Assembly: GCA_900617105.1 (NCBI GenBank)
Contig: UYFQ01000001.1
Coordinates: forward strand, 1,364,001 to 1,428,000
DNA length: 64,000 bases
Reading direction: 5' to 3'
Origin: Hydrurus foetidus
Taxonomy: Eukaryota
Shown here: one piece after another, positions 59,947-64,000 of the stretch
Layout: each line of letters opens with the position of its first letter
Numbering within the stretch: position 1 is the stretch's first letter
Position numbers and translations under genes: made by a program
Notes under the pieces: generated by a model
What the model was told of the DNA's origin: nothing
The model's input: the letters and a program-made list of their open reading frames with translations, nothing else
Database searches by the model: none

Positions 59947-59994
59947 GCTGTTAACGCTTATTGAATAAGCGTTAACAGCTATTTATTCAGTAGC
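59941..59994 (-). repeat. Motif copy 9 (between upp and pfkB)
   Basis: GCTACTGAATAAATAGC TGTTAA CGCTTATTCAATAAGCG TTAACA GCTTATTT. Confidence 0.8.
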
Positions 59995-59998
59995 AATC

Positions 59999-61006
59999 TC
60001 AAGCTGTAAATACCGCCGGAAAATCCCTTACCCGCACCCGCACCTCGTCTAACGCAGGCGGCTGGCAGCCTTGGCGCATCACGCACAGGCTGGCGCTGGC
60101 CAGGGCGTGGGCCAGCACCGCTTGGGCAGCCGTGACGTTCATCTCAGTCAAAGCCCGGCCTTGGACTGACGGGTTGGTCAACAGCGCCGTCACCAGACCG
60201 GCCAAAAAGCAATCCCCTGCCCCCACGGTATCGACCACCGCAATCGATGCAGCTTCGCGGATATGCCAAATCTCACCCCTGCGGGTCAGCAAGTACGCGC
60301 CCTGTGCGCCCAAGGTCAGTGCCATCAAGGTGGCGCTGCTGGAGGCCAAGAGCGTACGGGCTTTGTCCAGCGGCGTGGCACCGGGGGTGGCGAGGTGGTC
60401 GAGGTCTTCGTCGCTGGCTTTGATGACATCAGCGCACTGCAAGGCGGCCAGCACGTTGGCGCGGTAGGCGGCCATATCGGGCATCACCGAGGGACGCAGG
60501 TTGGCGTCCACCACCACGGTTTTGCCAGCTGCGCGGCTGGCACGCAGCCAAGGCAGGTAGACATCGGCATCGTCAGGCGACAAGGCCAAGCAGCCGGTGC
60601 AGACCATATCCAGTGTGGTGGCGGCAACAGTGGCGGCGTTCAGACTTTGCGCGGTCACGTCGCGGTCAGCAACGCCTTGGCGGTAAAAGGCGTAATCGGG
60701 ATGGCCCGATGCGGTCAGGCCCACCACGGCGAGCGAGGTGGTCAGTTGCACGGGATCAGGGCGGGCCAGCACCACGCCCTCCTGCGCCAAGCCTTCGGCC
60801 AAACGGCGGCCAAAACGGTCGCTGGACAAGGGGTTCAGGTAAAGCGTGCCCACACCTTGACGGGCCATCGCACGGGTGAAGTTGTACACCGAGCCGCCTA
60901 AGCAGGGGTCAAACAAACCGTCAGCACGGCCAATCAAATCAATCAACGCTTCGCCTGCGGTGGCGATTTGCAAATGTACAGGGGGATATGTCTCAGTGTT
61001 TATCAT
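59999..61006 (-). CDS. PfkB-family carbohydrate kinase (fructokinase-like)
   Basis: GEALID, GGSVYN, DANLRP, VDTVGAGDCF. Confidence 0.9.
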   Translation of the reverse strand: MINTETYPPVHLQIATAGEALIDLIGRADGLFDPCLGGSVYNFTRAMARQGVGTLYLNPLSSDRFGRRLAEGLAQEGVVLARPDPVQLTTSLAVVGLTASGHPDYAFYRQGVADRDVTAQSLNAATVAATTLDMVCTGCLALSPDDADVYLPWLRASRAAGKTVVVDANLRPSVMPDMAAYRANVLAALQCADVIKASDEDLDHLATPGATPLDKARTLLASSSATLMALTLGAQGAYLLTRRGEIWHIREAASIAVVDTVGAGDCFLAGLVTALLTNPSVQGRALTEMNVTAAQAVLAHALASASLCVMRQGCQPPALDEVRVRVRDFPAVFTA

Positions 61007-61009
61007 AAA

Positions 61010-61026
61010 TAAATTAACTTGATTTA
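61010..61026. promoter_or_regulatory. Putative ROK operator
   Basis: AT-rich imperfect palindrome TAAATTAA-C-TTGATTTA between divergent pfkB and ROK genes. Confidence 0.5.
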
Positions 61027-61125
61027 ATAAATTGAGCGCAACTATAGTCCATGCAGCGCTGAAAAGCATGTGCCTGATACCAACTTGATGCAGTGCAAAA
61101 GCATCATCGGTCAAAATCTGCGCCC

Positions 61126-62391
61126 ATGATGTCAGTCCCGCTTCCAAACGCCCCCCCAGAACCCGCGCCGGCTGCGCCCCCCCTGCTGCGCCAACGCGGC
61201 TCTAACCATGTGGGGATGCGCCAGTTCAACGAGCGTGTTGTGCTGCAAGCTATTCGCCAAAACGGTAGCCTGCCCAAAGCCGACATCGCCCGTTTGACGG
61301 GGCTGACCGCACAGACCATCGGTCTCATCACCACGCGGCTGGAAGACGATGGCCTGCTGCTGCGCCACGACCGGGTGCGTGGGCGCATCGGCCAGCCATC
61401 GGTGCCGCTGGCGCTGAACCCGGATGGGGCGTTTTCTATCGGCATCAAAATTGGCCGCCGCAGCACCGATTGGCTGCTGGTCGATTTCACAGGCCGGGTA
61501 CGCGCCCGGCATACCCTCGCCTACGCCTTCCCCGACAGCCAAACCCTGCTGCCCGCCTTGGCGGAACACATGAACGTGCTGTGCCAAAGCCTGCAATCAG
61601 CACAAAGTGATCTGCGTGACCGCTTGGTCGGTGTGGGCGTGGCGGCCCCCTTCCAAATGGGCGGCTGGCACAAGATGCTGGGCCTGTCAGACACGCAAGC
61701 CCTCAGCTGGAACAACATGGACTGGCGTGCCGAGGTGCAGGCCATGACGGATTTGCCCGTCTGCTTTGCCAAAGACACCTCAGCCGCCTGCGTGGCCGAG
61801 TTGGTGGCCGGGCATGGGCGGGATTTGAAAAGCTTTTTGTACCTGTTTGTAGACACGTTTGTGGGTGGCGGCTTGGTCATCAACTCCCACTTGCACGGCG
61901 GCGTACACGGCAATGCCGGTGCCGTCGCCTCGGTGCCCTTGGCAGTGGCGGTGGCGAACAGCACAGCAGGTCTGCCTGAGCAATTGCTCAGGCAGGCATC
62001 GCTATGGGAACTGGAACAGCGCCTGCGGGCCTGCGGACTTGACCCCACCGCCGCTTACGACGAACGCGCAATGGTGGCACCGTTTGAGGCCGAAACCCAA
62101 GCCTGGATTGCCCACGCGGCCCCGGCGCTGGCGCATTGCGTGGTCAGCGGCACGGCGTTTTTGGATTTGGACGCGGTGGTGATTGACGGCTCGTTTTGCC
62201 GCCCGCTGTTGCAGCGCTTGATCGAAACCATCCGCGCCGCCCTGCCCGCCTACAGCTGGGAAGGGCTGTGGCCCGCCACCCTGGTCGAAGGCAGCATCGG
62301 CTCAGATGCCCGCGCCTTGGGCGGTGCGCTGCTGCCACTTCACGCCAACTTTGCACCTGACCGGGATTTGTTTTTGAAGGCGGCGGTTTAA
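61126..62391 (+). CDS. ROK-family transcriptional regulator
   Basis: NERVVLQAIR..KADIARLTGLT HTH, GRIGQP, VGGGLV, GNAG. Confidence 0.9.
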   Translation: MMSVPLPNAPPEPAPAAPPLLRQRGSNHVGMRQFNERVVLQAIRQNGSLPKADIARLTGLTAQTIGLITTRLEDDGLLLRHDRVRGRIGQPSVPLALNPDGAFSIGIKIGRRSTDWLLVDFTGRVRARHTLAYAFPDSQTLLPALAEHMNVLCQSLQSAQSDLRDRLVGVGVAAPFQMGGWHKMLGLSDTQALSWNNMDWRAEVQAMTDLPVCFAKDTSAACVAELVAGHGRDLKSFLYLFVDTFVGGGLVINSHLHGGVHGNAGAVASVPLAVAVANSTAGLPEQLLRQASLWELEQRLRACGLDPTAAYDERAMVAPFEAETQAWIAHAAPALAHCVVSGTAFLDLDAVVIDGSFCRPLLQRLIETIRAALPAYSWEGLWPATLVEGSIGSDARALGGALLPLHANFAPDRDLFLKAAV

Positions 62392-62462
62392 AAGTAAAGT
62401 GGCTGCCTGCAATCATGGCCCCATCAGCCTCCACGAAATCCGGGGCGATTCACCAGAGACTT

Positions 62463-63098
62463 TCAGGCTTTGAGCAAGCCCCACACCATGCGTACCAACT
62501 CGTCTTCAAACGCTGGCGTGCCCAGCAAAGGCGAGTCTTCCAGCGAGGCACTGCGGATCGTGCCAATCACGGCTCGGGTGATGACAAACATCATCACTGG
62601 CGTGGGCGTGCGCAAGCCGCCACCGTTCAGTTGCCCCAGCGCAATCGCATTGCGCTCTGCCCCTTCCCGCAACGCTTGGGTCATAACCTCGTGGTGGTCC
62701 ATCCGCCAAGCCATGCGGATCATGGCGCGGCGCAGCTTGGGGCCACTGCCAAAAGACTCTACCAAGGTATGGATCATCTCGCGCACCACCTGCTGAGGCT
62801 CACGCTGCTCATGCACGGCCAAGGTAAGCGTCACCTGAAGTTGATCCATCACGCGGCGGCGCTCCCGGTTGATCATCGCCACAACAATCGCCTCTTTGGT
62901 GGGGAAATACTGGTACAGCGTGCCAATCGAAAAACCGGCTTTCTTGGCCACCTTGTTGGTGGTCAAACCCTGCTCGCCATCTTGTTCCACAATCTGAGCA
63001 GTGGCTTGAAAAATAGCTTCGATCGTGCGCTGTGCCCGCTCTTGAAGGGGCTGTTTACGCATGCTTTCAGAGGGAGCAGCAGTATTTTGAGGTTTCAT
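62463..63098 (-). CDS. TetR/AcrR-family regulator
   Basis: RKQPLQERA, TTNKVAKKAGFSIGTLYQYFPTK. Confidence 0.92.
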   Translation of the reverse strand: MKPQNTAAPSESMRKQPLQERAQRTIEAIFQATAQIVEQDGEQGLTTNKVAKKAGFSIGTLYQYFPTKEAIVVAMINRERRRVMDQLQVTLTLAVHEQREPQQVVREMIHTLVESFGSGPKLRRAMIRMAWRMDHHEVMTQALREGAERNAIALGQLNGGGLRTPTPVMMFVITRAVIGTIRSASLEDSPLLGTPAFEDELVRMVWGLLKA

Positions 63099-63151
63099 AG
63101 TCAGTGCGCTTAAAAACTGAGCCATAGGCGAGTTGTCAGCTCTACAAAGAA

Positions 63152-63168
63152 ACTGAATAATACTCAGT
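63152..63168. promoter_or_regulatory. Putative TetR operator
   Basis: Imperfect palindrome ACTGAATAATACTCAGT in the divergent intergenic region. Confidence 0.55.
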
Positions 63169-63213
63169 ATTTCGGTCAGTATGGCTGAGCAACGAACATG
63201 AAATGGATTGACC

Positions 63214-64000
63214 ATGACCACGCAACACATCCCCGTGCGCAAGCTCGAAGTTGACCTGAGCCAAGGCTTTGCACGCCATTGGCATGGTGGTGACGCTTTT
63301 CGCAGCCAGTATTACAACGCGCTGTCCATGAGCTTCCCTGTGGGTGAGCAATCGTTTATCGACGCGGTGCGTGAAGGGGTGAAACTGCTGCCCGATACAC
63401 CCGAACACACCGCCTTGCGCCAAACCGTAACCCAGTTCATCGGCCAAGAAGCCACCCACCGCCATGTGCATGGGCTGTACAACGCGCAGCTTGAGAAGCA
63501 GGGTTTGGTGAACCGCTGGCAACATTGGGCCAATGGGCGTATCGCTTACGGACAAAAAAGGGGGGTTAACGTGCGGCACTTGCTGGCCATCACGGCGGCC
63601 TACGAGCATTGCACCGCTGTGTTTGCCGACGGCACGCTGCGCTATAACAGTTGGTTTGAAGCCGCTGACCCTGCCATGCGCACGCTGTGGCGCTGGCATG
63701 CCGCAGAAGAAACTGAACACCGCGCCGTCGCATTCGATGTCTACCAAGCCGTGGGTGGCGATCACACATGGCGGATTCGCTGGTACCTGTATGTGCTGGT
63801 GCTGTTCACTTTCGATGCGTTTCGGCAGACGGCGCTCAACCTGTGGCACGACGGCACGCTGTTCAAGCCCAGCACTTGGTGGAATGCGGCAACGTTCTTT
63901 TTAGGCCGAGACGGCATGGTGTGGCGCTGCACCGGCCCTTTGCTGACGTACTTTAAACGCGACTTTCACCCTGACCAAGAGCACGCCCTACCGACTGCGC
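63214..64000 (+). CDS. Metal-dependent hydrolase (ferritin-like), runs off window
   Basis: Manual translation MTTQHIPVRKL..NALSMSFPVGE..FIGQEATH..WHAAEETEHRAVAFD; missing from ORF track because it has no stop in the window. Confidence 0.85.
   Translation, partial: MTTQHIPVRKLEVDLSQGFARHWHGGDAFRSQYYNALSMSFPVGEQSFIDAVREGVKLLPDTPEHTALRQTVTQFIGQEATHRHVHGLYNAQLEKQGLVNRWQHWANGRIAYGQKRGVNVRHLLAITAAYEHCTAVFADGTLRYNSWFEAADPAMRTLWRWHAAEETEHRAVAFDVYQAVGGDHTWRIRWYLYVLVLFTFDAFRQTALNLWHDGTLFKPSTWWNAATFFLGRDGMVWRCTGPLLTYFKRDFHPDQEHALPTA

Noticed and set aside
1..64000. CRISPR arrays, tRNA/rRNA genes, IS transposases, prophage genes
   Set aside because: None seen; the only long repeat is the coding PAS duplication.

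Overview
GC-rich betaproteobacterial chromosome segment. Gene content suggests Comamonadaceae (Rhodoferax-like); this is an inference. 1-15.8 kb (- strand): a cobalamin-riboswitch-led corrinoid uptake/salvage operon: btuB, cbiA/cobB, signal-less BtuF-like, cobU, btuF-btuC-btuD, a second TonB receptor, bluB, ExbB/MotA-like, DUF2149, an exported membrane-anchored CobN-like protein, and the start of cobO. 15.9-33 kb: zapB-like/zapA/6S RNA/TauE, a small Cys protein, exeAB-like, TRAP transporter, FimV-like, a fatty-acyl catabolic cluster (acyl-CoA dehydrogenase frameshifted) and dusA with a foreign-looking 5' end. 33-53.7 kb: a more AT-rich accessory region with hybrid kinases, a chemosensory cluster lacking CheA, a secreted lipase-like protein plus a membrane-anchored partner, and a divergent KfrA-like/tyrosine recombinase pair around an 11-6-11 dif-like site. 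53.9-64 kb: Anbu peptidase, hydrolase, GlxA regulator, MFS, azlCD, upp, PfkB, ROK, TetR and a metal-dependent hydrolase. Two observations stand out. (1) An ungapped ~54-bp double-palindrome motif (GCT-N11-AGC N6 CGC-N11-GCG) recurs 9 times, mostly inside unrelated genes, with no strong copy in the accessory region. (2) The exported CobN-like protein has a Pro-rich linker and C-terminal TM helix and sits next to an ExbB/ExbD-like pair, suggesting a proton-motive-force-driven periplasmic (de)chelatase. All calls were made by eye; no searches were run.
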